A stretch of 64,000 nucleotides of DNA from an uncultured Solirubrobacterales bacterium (lineage in GTDB: Bacteria; Actinomycetota; Thermoleophilia; Solirubrobacterales; Solirubrobacteraceae), in contig CAWFBP010000002.1 of assembly GCA_963814085.1 (NCBI GenBank), positions 725,754 through 789,753 of the forward strand, read 5' to 3'. The stretch's first letter is position 1, and each line of letters begins with the position of its first letter. Shown one piece after another: positions 48,418 to 57,943 of the stretch. The notes beneath the pieces are model-generated. The model was not told the DNA's origin, did no database searches, and saw only the letters and a program-made list of their open reading frames with translations. Made by a program: the position numbers and the translations under genes.

Positions 48418-48632
48418 GCCGCCGCCCGCTTCGCCGGACGGTCTTTGCCGGAGCTACCCTTTTTCGTTTTTGATTGATCCTCCTGCCGGTCGTGTTCAGC
48501 TTCGGCCTCGGCTTCCGCCTGGGCCTGCGCCAAATCGATCAGCGCATGAGACAAACGCCGCAGATCAGTCGGGCGCCTGACACCCCGCACTCGGATATCA
48601 CGATTCTTGTAATGATGATAGGTTCTACTCAT
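48414..48632 (-). CDS. Small hypothetical protein of the mobilisation module
   Basis: IRVRGVRR.TDLRRLSHALIDLAQAQAEAEA; AAGGAGG RBS; overlaps the next start. Confidence 0.7.
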   Translation of the reverse strand: MSRTYHHYKNRDIRVRGVRRPTDLRRLSHALIDLAQAQAEAEAEAEHDRQEDQSKTKKGSSGKDRPAKRAAA

Positions 48633-48866
48633 AGTGAAACCTCCTTTTCTCTCCGCTACTGGGCCGGTTTTTGGCACGCAGAGCACCGCACCCCGCTCAG
48701 GGGCTTCCGTGTCAACTACGGGATGAAATCCTTACCTCAACCGACCCGTATACTGCTTATGGCAATAACGGGAGTTTGACTAGTACACAATGAACCAGCA
48801 AAAATGTCAATACCTTTTGTCTATTTCACAACACCGACGCGACACCCCTGTTATCTGGAGAATTGT

Positions 48867-49100
48867 TCACCACCGCGACTTGTGAAATCGATAAAAAGAC
48901 CAGCCGGCAAAGCCGAGCAGGACGACCACGCCCATGCCGACCAAGACCGGCAGGACTGCCACGATCAGCCGCGCCGCGATATGCAGCATCACGGCGACAG
49001 CCAGGACGGTCAGCGTCAGGCTAAGCAGTCGGTCAGACCAGCGAGACGGAGAGGTCAAGGTTGCGCTCCTTTTGGTTGGATGGTCCCGCCTCGGTTGCGG
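48867..49100 (-). CDS. Small two-TM membrane protein (start uncertain)
   Basis: Two hydrophobic stretches, ends KSRW. Confidence 0.45.
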   Translation of the reverse strand, partial: PQPRRDHPTKRSATLTSPSRWSDRLLSLTLTVLAVAVMLHIAARLIVAVLPVLVGMGVVVLLGFAGWSFYRFHKSRW

Positions 49101-49157
49101 GCTGGAAGCAGCCTGATGGGCGACCGAGTTATTGAGCAACCTGCAATTCTTCGGGCC

Positions 49158-49844
49158 ATGCCGCGCCCCCATCTACCGCCCCATCTCGTGCCCCGCCAGC
49201 CCAAGACGGTGCTCGGCTGGTCGATGCAGAAGCTCCGCCTGGTCAACGACTGGACCGGCAAGCAGGTCGCCGAGGCCTTCGGCTGTAGTCCCAGCCATAT
49301 CTCCCGAGTCGAGGGTGGCGCTATGCCCAGCCGCGAGCTTGTCCAGTTCTACGACGACACGTTCGAGGCCGAGGGCCTGCTGCTGAGCATCTTCGAGGTC
49401 GCCGATCACGCCCCCGAGCAAGACCGCCGCCGCGCAGGCGGCAAACGCCCCAAGCTCCACCGGTCCATCCCCGGCGACGCCTCAACCTTTATGGGCGACA
49501 CCATCCCGCACGGCACGCTGATGGCACCCGGCCAGGGCTTCGAGAAGGTCTGGCGCATCAAGAACAGCGGCACCGCGCCGTGGCAGGGGCGCCGCCTTGA
49601 ACGGCAAGGGCCGCTGACCGGGCCGGGGCTCATAACATCCCTGCGCTACGCCGAGATCCCAAGCACCGAGCCGGGCGAGCTGGCCGAGATCACCACGCCC
49701 TTGAAGGCACCGACCTACGACTGCACTTCTGTCGCCTACTTCAAGATGGTCGATGCAGAGGGGCGACTGTGCTTCCCCGACAGCTACCAACTCGGGCTAG
49801 ACGTGCTGGTCAGGGTAACGGGGCAGCGGCCAGACGAGCAGTAA
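49158..49844 (+). CDS. XRE HTH regulator fused to an NBR1-like (FW) Ig domain
   Basis: WTGKQVAEAFGCSPSHISRVEGG; TIPHGTLMAPGQGFEKVWRIKNSGTAPW...FKMVD. Confidence 0.8.
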   Translation: MPRPHLPPHLVPRQPKTVLGWSMQKLRLVNDWTGKQVAEAFGCSPSHISRVEGGAMPSRELVQFYDDTFEAEGLLLSIFEVADHAPEQDRRRAGGKRPKLHRSIPGDASTFMGDTIPHGTLMAPGQGFEKVWRIKNSGTAPWQGRRLERQGPLTGPGLITSLRYAEIPSTEPGELAEITTPLKAPTYDCTSVAYFKMVDAEGRLCFPDSYQLGLDVLVRVTGQRPDEQ

Positions 49845-49928
49845 CCTTCACTTGTCAACCCGACAACCACACGAGGCCACTATGACTGAACAACTATTTG
49901 CACCAACCGCCACCATAGGTGCTATGTA

Positions 49929-50477
49929 ATGGGAGGCCTACCATACCCACGGTTCAGAGAAATACTGAATCCGCTCGCCGATGGAGCCACCCGACACGGC
50001 TACCGCATAGCCAAAGTGATTGATGAGGATGACAACTGGTTGGCGACATGGGCCAACGATCAGCTTTACGTGATAGTACAGGCGTCGGTTGCAGACTCTG
50101 CAAACCAGACACTCCTTGACATTCATGCCGGTGGTGGATATGGCGCTGAACCACACGGTTCGCTGTTTCAGGCGCTCGCCACCGGCACTTGGCGATTCGA
50201 TCACGGTGGCCCTTGGGCGCGCATCGGCCGAGACGGCACCGTCGCCTACGGATGGCGAACTCGTTATCCGTCTGATTTCTTCAACGAAAGCAACATGAAA
50301 GAGCTATTCATGCTGGTGCTAAACATGATCGACGCCTTTGGGTACGTCGCCGGCACGCTTGCAAATGAGTTCATTCCAATCTACGGTGGTCGACGCAGCC
50401 ACGATGAAGACCCTGAATCGTGGCCTGCCTTGCTATCCGGGCTGCTCCCGCCACAAGGGGTAAGCCAGGTCCCTTGA
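49929..50477 (+). CDS. Hypothetical protein (possible YbjN/T3SS-chaperone-like fold)
   Basis: 182-aa acidic ORF; fold guess only. Confidence 0.55.
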   Translation: MGGLPYPRFREILNPLADGATRHGYRIAKVIDEDDNWLATWANDQLYVIVQASVADSANQTLLDIHAGGGYGAEPHGSLFQALATGTWRFDHGGPWARIGRDGTVAYGWRTRYPSDFFNESNMKELFMLVLNMIDAFGYVAGTLANEFIPIYGGRRSHDEDPESWPALLSGLLPPQGVSQVP

Positions 50478-50483
50478 GGTCTA

Positions 50484-52295
50484 TCAGCTTCGCCTCCGGC
50501 CCTTCGCTCGTCGCGTCCCCACCTTGTACCGCTTCCGTGCCTTGACTTCGCAGGCTTTCCGTCGATGGCGTGGCTTCACGCGCTCGCATACCTTCAAGGC
50601 ACGGGCCAGTTGCTGCGCCTTGGTCAGGGGCTTGATTACGTGCGTCATGCTGCTCGGTTGGGAAGTGGTTGGGGTGGTGCTTGTCGGCCCTGGTGCGCCG
50701 GCGCTTGACGGTGGAGTTGATGTGCTGCCGGATGACATGCTGCCGCCATTGTTGCCTGTGGGCTGTTTATTTTCTTCTGCCTGCACCGTAAAATCCGTAG
50801 TCAAGCTGTCAGTGTCGCCATGAGTGTCCACCATTTTCCACAAGGCGCTGTAATGACCTGGCGCCAAATTGACTACCGAGACACCACCCGGCGAGTTGGC
50901 ATTGCCGGTGAGTGTTTGCGGAGTCCCACCCGCTGCTAGAGTGATGGTCAACGAGACTGTTGAAGTCGTGTCGGGCTTATTTTGATTTGTCAGCGTGGCC
51001 GTGGCAGTGAACGACGGCGGCACGGTCGCTTCATTTGCTGGCGACTCCTGGGCGAACTGCGATACCGAAACACCAACGTAATTACCGCTGAGATCATCCT
51101 GAAACTCGGAGAAGGGTCTTGCTATTGGTTGCTGGTCTTCGAACAAGCCGTCAGACGGGCACAGCGTCAATGTTTCTTCTTCCAGTTCTCCAGGCTGGCA
51201 ACTGCCGCTGATACTACTGAGTGCTGTTCCCCCAACTGTGCTGGTTGCGTCCACTCGCAGCGGTAGAATATGTATCACTGAGACGATGCGCGCCGGTTCA
51301 CCATTTTCAGCCGGAACAATCACATTGATAGTGTCGCCAGCTTCCAGACCAGCTAACGTACCGACTATTTCGCCGAATGCTTCATAGGACTCAGTTGCAG
51401 TCAAAGTCTGACTAGCTACCACTGCACCGTTCCGATCTTGCTGTACTTCATAGGTTGCGCCAATCATCAGGCCTTCACATGACAGATAACCATTGGCCAA
51501 ATCGGCAAAACAGAACGGCAGGCGAACACCGGAAAAATTAGTACTATTGCTGTTGCCGACTCCTGGCAACCCGGCAATAAACGCGAACGACAGGTTGGTG
51601 CCATCTTCATATGTCTCAGTCGGCGTGTATTGCACTGTGTCATGGGCGGTAACGGCCGGGGAAAGCGCAGCCGTGTAGAGCGCACCAAGGCCGGTCCCAC
51701 TGACAGGCGTTGCACTGAAGCTACCTGTACTTCCATGACTGTAGTGAACCGAAACCGGAATAGACGAGCCGCAATTCGACACACCACAGTAAATAGTGAT
51801 CGTGCTGCCATCCGAACTGATGACTGCACCCAACGCTCCCCAAGAAGAACTTACGTCATACCGACTATTGCTCGGCGTTGGTGCTCCCACGCCAGAGTAG
51901 GTAACAATGACCTCATCATCCAGGCTATTCTCTGGCGCCATCGGCGCATGAGTCGGCAGGGAGGCCGTCCAAGCTCCACCGCTATTTGTTGTAACGGCTG
52001 GCGCAGTATCGACCACGCTACCATCCCGTTCCAAGGACACCTGTACTTCCACGCCTGCTGTCGCCGTCCCGATGTTGCCATTTACCACACGCGAGTACGG
52101 CGTAACCACAACGGTAGGCGTTGGGGTTGAAGCCGAGGCGATCGACACCCAGCCAACAACCTGAGCCCCGGCACCAAGGCCGAGCACAGCGACCAGCCTC
52201 ATCATCATCAGCCTGCGTCGTCTCAGATTCGCGCCGTGCGGGGATGCCATCGGTGCCCACGCGGGTCGCAGTCGTTCTATGGGGTTGATGCTCAC
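50484..52295 (-). CDS. Secreted beta-rich surface protein with basic helical C-terminus (start uncertain)
   Basis: Signal peptide ending ASA; Ser/Thr linker; PLTKAQQLARALKVC...RKACE.KARKRY; lower GC. Confidence 0.75.
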   Translation of the reverse strand: MSINPIERLRPAWAPMASPHGANLRRRRLMMMRLVAVLGLGAGAQVVGWVSIASASTPTPTVVVTPYSRVVNGNIGTATAGVEVQVSLERDGSVVDTAPAVTTNSGGAWTASLPTHAPMAPENSLDDEVIVTYSGVGAPTPSNSRYDVSSSWGALGAVISSDGSTITIYCGVSNCGSSIPVSVHYSHGSTGSFSATPVSGTGLGALYTAALSPAVTAHDTVQYTPTETYEDGTNLSFAFIAGLPGVGNSNSTNFSGVRLPFCFADLANGYLSCEGLMIGATYEVQQDRNGAVVASQTLTATESYEAFGEIVGTLAGLEAGDTINVIVPAENGEPARIVSVIHILPLRVDATSTVGGTALSSISGSCQPGELEEETLTLCPSDGLFEDQQPIARPFSEFQDDLSGNYVGVSVSQFAQESPANEATVPPSFTATATLTNQNKPDTTSTVSLTITLAAGGTPQTLTGNANSPGGVSVVNLAPGHYSALWKMVDTHGDTDSLTTDFTVQAEENKQPTGNNGGSMSSGSTSTPPSSAGAPGPTSTTPTTSQPSSMTHVIKPLTKAQQLARALKVCERVKPRHRRKACEVKARKRYKVGTRRAKGRRRS

Positions 52296-52425
52296 GTAGC
52301 TCCTGCCTTTCGTCTCGTGCTTGTCGGAGACGCCGATTCCGGCCCGGCGTCCCGTCCTGACGGGCCATATCCTATATCACGGGACACGGCAAGGAGCCCG
52401 GCCGTCCGGGCCGTAGCCTCGATGG

Positions 52426-52779
52426 ATGCCCACCCCACGCGGAAGCACGGAAGCCAGCCGAGCCCTGGCCCTTGGGGCTCTTATCCGTCGCCTGCGCCGC
52501 GACCGCCGCCTGACGCTGCGCGACCTCGCCGACCGGGTGCCGATGTCGGCCTCCAACCTCAGCCGCATCGAGCTCGGTGCCCAGGGCCCACCGCCGGACG
52601 AGACCATCGAGCGCATCGCTGCTGCTTTGGAGGTCGATCACGCCGACCTGCTGCGTGCCGCCGGCCGCTACACCAGCGGCCAGACCTTCGAGGAGACCGT
52701 CCTCGCCCGCCTGGATGCCCTTGGCCGTGATCTGCGCGAGGTGAAAACTACCCTCGCCGACGATCGCAAAATCCGGTAA
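52426..52779 (+). CDS. XRE-family HTH regulator
   Basis: LGALIRRLRRDRRLTLRDLA...SNLSRIELG. Confidence 0.88.
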   Translation: MPTPRGSTEASRALALGALIRRLRRDRRLTLRDLADRVPMSASNLSRIELGAQGPPPDETIERIAAALEVDHADLLRAAGRYTSGQTFEETVLARLDALGRDLREVKTTLADDRKIR

Positions 52780-52920
52780 AACTCACCAAAATACACGCCC
52801 CGGAATCGGGGCGCTTTTCCGTCCTGGGCGGCTGGTAGACCCCCCGGACAATTCGGTGAAAAAATGACCCCCGGCCGGATGGTAGCCAGCCGGGGGCCGA
52901 ACACAGGAGGTGTCTCTCCC

Positions 52921-53184
52921 ATGCCGGCCCATCATAGTGCACTGCCCACTCCCGCCAACAAACTCGTAGAGCGCGCCATTGTCCTCCAGCTCCTCCGCGA
53001 TGACCACCGCGAGCGCTGGTCGGACAAGCAGATCGAACGGGCCATCCCCGACTTCAAGCCCGAGGCCGTCCAAAAGGCCATCGTCCGCCTGGAGGCGGGC
53101 GGTGTCATCTGCTGCCTAGATGAGTTCATCGGCGCCTCACGCTGCGCGCAGTACCTGGATTCCCTCGAACTCATCGGCATCTGA
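52921..53184 (+). CDS. Small winged-helix-like protein
   Basis: AGGAGG RBS; ERAIVLQLLRDD...AIVRLEAGGVI. Confidence 0.65.
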   Translation: MPAHHSALPTPANKLVERAIVLQLLRDDHRERWSDKQIERAIPDFKPEAVQKAIVRLEAGGVICCLDEFIGASRCAQYLDSLELIGI

Positions 53185-53193
53185 GACGCCGCC

Positions 53194-53595
53194 ATGCGTC
53201 TCTCCGAAATGGGCCTTGAGCCCACCACTCTCGCCTGCCTGCGCAGCGGCGGCATCAACACCACCTACCGGCTACTCGAACACACCTACCGCGAGCTGAT
53301 CTGGCACTCCGAGATCACCTCCGAGGCGGTCTACGACATCCTCCGTGCCCTCCGTCGGCATGGCATGACGCTAAAACCGGCCACCAACGGGATCGAGCGG
53401 CCGGTGAACGAGCGCAACCTCGAGGTCTTCCGCCTGCGCGTCGTCGAGGGCCACAAACTCCGAGAGGTCGCTGAACGGAACGCCATCGGCGTCGAGCGCG
53501 TCCGGCAGATCCTCTCGGGCTACTTCGGTCTGCGGGGCGAACCGCCGGTCATCAAAGCCCGCCGCCGCCAGCACCGAGGCAGGGAGGTCAAGTGA
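53194..53595 (+). CDS. RNA polymerase alphaCTD-like domain fused to a sigma4-like HTH
   Basis: LSEMGLEPTTLACLRSGGINT..RLL...ILRALRRHGMTL; ERNLEVFRLR...KLREVAE...VERVRQI. Confidence 0.7.
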   Translation: MRLSEMGLEPTTLACLRSGGINTTYRLLEHTYRELIWHSEITSEAVYDILRALRRHGMTLKPATNGIERPVNERNLEVFRLRVVEGHKLREVAERNAIGVERVRQILSGYFGLRGEPPVIKARRRQHRGREVK

Positions 53596-54233
53596 GCGAC
53601 GAGCACTGCCCGCTGTCAGACGACGAAATCAACGAGGCGCTTGAGATAGCCGAACGCCACATCCAGGGAGGACATACTCATAAAACTGCTGACGCCGACA
53701 GCACGGCCGTGGACAGTCGAGGCACTGATCCGGGACATCGGGAACTGGAACCTGACAACCGAGGCCCTGACGACTCTGCGCCGGGCCGGGCTGGTCTGTC
53801 GCAGGGGATTCTTCGTCTTCCCGACGCGGGCCGCCATCCACTTTCATCGGATTTGGGTGTAGCGCACATGCCTCAGCGGCCATCTACTTTTGGTGAGCGT
53901 CGCCGACTGTACCTGCTCGCGCGCGCGATGGTTCAGCGTTACTACCACAGCGACCTGACTGTGGAGCGCGTTGCCAAGACTCTCGCCATTTCCCCCCGCC
54001 AGCTACAGCGCATCTACGCACAGTTCGGCGACACCACCTTCCACGATGAACTCGTTGGTAGGCGCCTGGAAGCCGCTGCCCGGCTGCTGTCCACGCCCTC
54101 TATCACGGTACGTGATGTGGCACAGCAAGTCGGCTTTCACCAGTCGCCCCACTTCGCTCGCGCGTTCCGACGCCGCTACGGGGTTTCACCCTCAACCTAT
54201 CGCGCCAAGCTGGACCCATGCACCGTGCTATGA
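53592..54233 (+). CDS. AraC-family HTH protein without an evident sensor domain (may start at 53868)
   Basis: LTVERVAKTLAISPRQLQR; VRDVAQQVGFHQSPHFARAFRRRYGVSP. Confidence 0.85.
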   Translation: MSDEHCPLSDDEINEALEIAERHIQGGHTHKTADADSTAVDSRGTDPGHRELEPDNRGPDDSAPGRAGLSQGILRLPDAGRHPLSSDLGVAHMPQRPSTFGERRRLYLLARAMVQRYYHSDLTVERVAKTLAISPRQLQRIYAQFGDTTFHDELVGRRLEAAARLLSTPSITVRDVAQQVGFHQSPHFARAFRRRYGVSPSTYRAKLDPCTVL

Positions 54234-54922
54234 GGCACCAACCGATCCTCGTTATCCAGGCCGACGACTGCCTTGGCCCCGCGATCGTCGACCAGCTCCT
54301 CGCCGACGAGTACCCCGCCAAGCTCGCCAAGAGCGCCAACCACGCCACCGTCCTGGCCAGGCATGAGCCCCCGGCGCTCGTCATCCTCGGCGAACTCGAC
54401 ACGACCACCGGCGCCCTCGCGCTGTTGCGCTCGATCCGCACCAGCGGCCCAGGCTCTCCCTGGCATCCCGACGTGCCGATCATCATGGTCAGCGAAGAGT
54501 GCGAACAGACCGACATGCTGCGGGCCTTTGATGCCGGCGCCGACGACTTCCTGGACTCCCCACCAAGCTACCTGGAGCTACGAGCCCGGTTGCGAGCTGT
54601 CCTACGGCGGGCAGCAGGCCCCACGAACAACCAAGTGCTCCAAGTCGGCCCGCTGACGATTGACGAGCGCGCCCACACTGCCACCCTCCACGGCACCTGC
54701 CTCGCTCTGCGTCAGATGGAGTACGACCTGCTCGTCCACCTCGCCAGCGAGCCCACTCGCGTCTTCCGCAAGGCAGAGATCCTGCGAACAATCTGGGGCT
54801 ACCCGGAGCCTAACCGTACCCGCACCCTCGATAGCCACGCCAGCCGCTTGCGCAGCAAGCTCAACGCCATCGGCGGGCGATGGGTCATCAACGTGCGCGG
54901 CGTGGGGTATAGGCTGATTTGA
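54230..54922 (+). CDS. Orphan OmpR-family response regulator with atypical receiver
   Basis: GADDF, ELRARLRAVLRR, RTLDSHASRLRSKL, VRGVGYR; phospho-Asp position reads LVILG. Confidence 0.88.
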   Translation: MRHQPILVIQADDCLGPAIVDQLLADEYPAKLAKSANHATVLARHEPPALVILGELDTTTGALALLRSIRTSGPGSPWHPDVPIIMVSEECEQTDMLRAFDAGADDFLDSPPSYLELRARLRAVLRRAAGPTNNQVLQVGPLTIDERAHTATLHGTCLALRQMEYDLLVHLASEPTRVFRKAEILRTIWGYPEPNRTRTLDSHASRLRSKLNAIGGRWVINVRGVGYRLI

Positions 54923-55020
54923 GGCGGGAGCCCATGAGCGCTCAATGGCGCTTGGGCGACGCCGCGCGCCGAGGCGTCGTCAGCGACTGCTCTAGCGCCG
55001 CGCCGTGTACGATCCGGCTC

Positions 55021-56406
55021 ATGGCAACCGAGAGTCCGGATTTCGATCAGGTCAGAGCCGTCGGACTGACCAAGTTCATCACCGAGCAGCGTCCGCTCAG
55101 TGATGAGCCGCCAGATTCGGCCGGCCGTCTGCTGTATAGGGCGTTTGAGGAAGTCGGCTCCCATCTCGACGATCTCTATGCCGTCTACCTATATCTCTAC
55201 GGCCACGCACCGACATATTGCTCGTCGATCACCCTGGATCATACTGATGCTTTCGAGTACTGCAGGCAGCGGCGATACTACACGTTGATTTGCCCTTACA
55301 CCGACAGTCGCCAGCTTCTGGTTGAAAGGTCTTTCACGGATGCCGAGCTCTCCTGGACTCTTCCAGGAGGCTCAGTGCGACGGGACTTGGCCGAGACTTT
55401 CGCCGATGCCGCCAGCCGCCACGCACAGCGCGCTTTGGCCGGTGTCGAGCTGGGCGAGATCGAGCCTATCGCCTTCTTCGAGAACAAGTTTCACTATGGC
55501 GAGGACACGCACACGCACTTCGGAGTCGGCTTCGTGGCACGGATTCGCAACCAGGGACTTGCCTTCAAGCTCGGGCAGGCCGTCGGTTCACGTGCCTATC
55601 TGCTTGACACCCGGTCGCCATTGCCGCAGTTCAGCCTGAACCACAACAAGGCGATGGCGGATCTCGCATCTGATCGTGTGGCCAATCTCACTTTCGACAG
55701 CACACCTGAGGCAGAGGTCGCGGAGAATCTTCGGTATCAAGGCCGCTACCGCATTCACCGAGCGCTGGTCAAGCCGATCCTACGCGCAGCGAGCAATGTC
55801 TTTTTTGAGCACTCGCTGGACGACCTCGACCGCGAGGTGCTTGAAAGGATCTTCGCGGAGGCACAACAAGGACCGTTTCTGGACATTGCGTGCGGTGAGA
55901 ACGACCTGATCTTTGACGTAGCCACAAGCGACCACTTTGATCTAGCCGTCGGCAACGACGTCTCGTGGAGCCAGATCCAGCTACTAGCGTCTCCTGGCCG
56001 CAATGCCCGCCTCAGAGACCATCCGGTGCTCACATTGTTCACTAATCACGACGCGCGCCGCCTACCGTTTGCCGATAGACGGTTCGGGGTCGGGCTTTGC
56101 AAGAACGTGCTCCACCACATGGACGACCTACCGTCAGTACGAGCTCTGCTGGATGAGTTGATTCGTGTTTGCCGCGTCGCGATCGTGGTGGAAGTGATGG
56201 ACCCCGCTGTGGAGAGTCCGTGGGGACGTCTCCGCCATCGGTATTACATCGACTTTCTCAAGGACGCGGGGCGGCATTTCTTAAGTCGACGTGAGTTCTC
56301 GGAGTTGACCGACCGTCCGGAGCGTGAGAAGCTATACGAGATGAAAACGATACGTGGCGTATATCAGTTTGCGGTCTTCAGACAAGAGGCTAGAAATGAC
56401 ACTTGA
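55021..56406 (+). CDS. Degenerate Nudix-like domain fused to a class I SAM methyltransferase
   Basis: LLVER...WTLPGGSV...ETFADAASR; FLDIACGE, GNDVS, HDARRLPF, KNVLHH, ELIRV. Confidence 0.75.
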   Translation: MATESPDFDQVRAVGLTKFITEQRPLSDEPPDSAGRLLYRAFEEVGSHLDDLYAVYLYLYGHAPTYCSSITLDHTDAFEYCRQRRYYTLICPYTDSRQLLVERSFTDAELSWTLPGGSVRRDLAETFADAASRHAQRALAGVELGEIEPIAFFENKFHYGEDTHTHFGVGFVARIRNQGLAFKLGQAVGSRAYLLDTRSPLPQFSLNHNKAMADLASDRVANLTFDSTPEAEVAENLRYQGRYRIHRALVKPILRAASNVFFEHSLDDLDREVLERIFAEAQQGPFLDIACGENDLIFDVATSDHFDLAVGNDVSWSQIQLLASPGRNARLRDHPVLTLFTNHDARRLPFADRRFGVGLCKNVLHHMDDLPSVRALLDELIRVCRVAIVVEVMDPAVESPWGRLRHRYYIDFLKDAGRHFLSRREFSELTDRPEREKLYEMKTIRGVYQFAVFRQEARNDT

Positions 56407-56962
56407 GGTCGAGCTGAAGGTTTTCTGCGGGCAAGGCGAGCCCACCGGGCTCGCGCGAGCGCACGCTCTAGGCTGGAAGGCGAAGCCTGCAATCGAGCAG
56501 CAAGATATTTATTACACGTCAACTCACAAGGACTTCATAGCATCGGAGGAGTGTCTGCGCATTCGGGCGTGGGGAGACCGAGCCGAGCTTACGTGGAAGC
56601 CGCCCACATCCCCGGAGATGCGCGCCGCAAACCAATACTGGAAGGAAGAGATTGATCTTGACATCACCGGCCAGGTCGAGATTATGCGGACCCTCTTGGC
56701 GCGTCTAGAGTTTGAAGAGTATGCGGTTGTCAATAAGACTCGGCACGCCTTTGCAGTTGATGGGTGTTCACTTGTATGCTTCGACGCAATCGGTGGCCTC
56801 GGCTGGTTTGTCGAGGTCGAGACAAAGGCGCACGATGCTGAGGGGGCGACAGCACGCAATGAGACGATCCTGCACGAACTGGCGCTCGACCGCGCGCAGC
56901 GCGTAAGCATCCCTTACCGTGATCTCGTCAAGCACGGTGGCCGTCAGCTAGAAGCCGTCTGA
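56396..56962 (+). CDS. CYTH-domain protein (class IV adenylate cyclase / triphosphate tunnel family)
   Basis: EVELK, QQDIYY, CLRIR, LTWK, KTR, LGWFVEVE, PY; overlaps the upstream gene. Confidence 0.9.
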   Translation: MTLEVELKVFCGQGEPTGLARAHALGWKAKPAIEQQDIYYTSTHKDFIASEECLRIRAWGDRAELTWKPPTSPEMRAANQYWKEEIDLDITGQVEIMRTLLARLEFEEYAVVNKTRHAFAVDGCSLVCFDAIGGLGWFVEVETKAHDAEGATARNETILHELALDRAQRVSIPYRDLVKHGGRQLEAV

Positions 56963-57016
56963 CAGGCTGATTGTGCGACGCCCTGGGCGGGAGAGTGCGC
57001 TGACGACGGGCCAGAC

Positions 57017-57796
57017 TCAACACAGCACGAAATCGCGATCCCTGAGATCGGGCTGGATCAAGTCAGATGTGGGCGTAAGGTCGTTGGTATTCTTTGGCCC
57101 ATCAAACGCTGCGAAACGCTCTAGGAACTCGGTGTTTGTGGCGTCTGCGAAGTTCATGGCGTGGCGGACTGCGAGCCCGGTGTCGTCAACTACGAGCATT
57201 GCGGTTAGGAGACCCAGGTCGGAGCGCAACTCGACACCGACACGGGCAAGCTCTAGCAGCGCGAGTGATGCAGGCCAGGTAATCTTGATCGTCTCGTAGG
57301 CACGTTCGCGGATGTCAGTTCCGTAGATAATCGCCCGCCCGTCCACGAGTAGCTCCCAAATGGGATCGCCTGTTGGCTCGCCCTCGAAGTAATTCGTGAT
57401 CCATCGCGGATCAGATGACCAAAAGTGTTTGGTGATCCATTCGGCGTCGTAACGAGCCACCGAGCTGCCTGGGTCGATGGCAACCTCTGCGAGCAACTCG
57501 TCTCTGAACGACGGCACATTCCAGCTCATCGCGGCGCAGGCTGAATCCTTATCGGGAAATGCGTAGAAGCCGGTGAGACGAGACACTGCGCCAGGAAAGC
57601 GTTCCCTGCGCACCAGATCGATCGCGCACTCGCGTTCGTAGGCTGCCTTACTGTGCAGCCGCCGGGCAGTAAACACGCTCAGTGCTTGCTCGTGAACTTG
57701 CGGTGCCGACACAAGTTCGGCACGGTATACCATCCAAGCAACAAGCGGATCAGCGACATCAAGGAATACATATGCGCTCTGCAATTGCTGTGTCAT
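57017..57796 (-). CDS. DUF2441-like hypothetical protein
   Basis: RECAIDLVRRERFPGAVSRLTGFYAF...ELLVDG; ATG follows an extended -10 (TGGTAAAAT), probably leaderless. Confidence 0.55.
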   Translation of the reverse strand: MTQQLQSAYVFLDVADPLVAWMVYRAELVSAPQVHEQALSVFTARRLHSKAAYERECAIDLVRRERFPGAVSRLTGFYAFPDKDSACAAMSWNVPSFRDELLAEVAIDPGSSVARYDAEWITKHFWSSDPRWITNYFEGEPTGDPIWELLVDGRAIIYGTDIRERAYETIKITWPASLALLELARVGVELRSDLGLLTAMLVVDDTGLAVRHAMNFADATNTEFLERFAAFDGPKNTNDLTPTSDLIQPDLRDRDFVLC

Positions 57797-57943
57797 TGAA
57801 CAGCATTTTACCAAAGGAGCTACAGCGCTCTGGTCGGTTGTCGCACAAGACGAACGACGGATGAGCAGCATGTCGCCAAGTGCCGCTTGTGCGACGTGGT
57901 CTCACCCTTGATTCACTACACCGTTTCATCGTATGGTAGATGC

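Noticed and set aside
57772-57830. tRNA-like sequence on the minus strand (GCGCTGTAGCTC...TGG)
   Set aside because: No T-arm; better explained as an extended -10 plus the leaderless start of the 57017-57796 gene.
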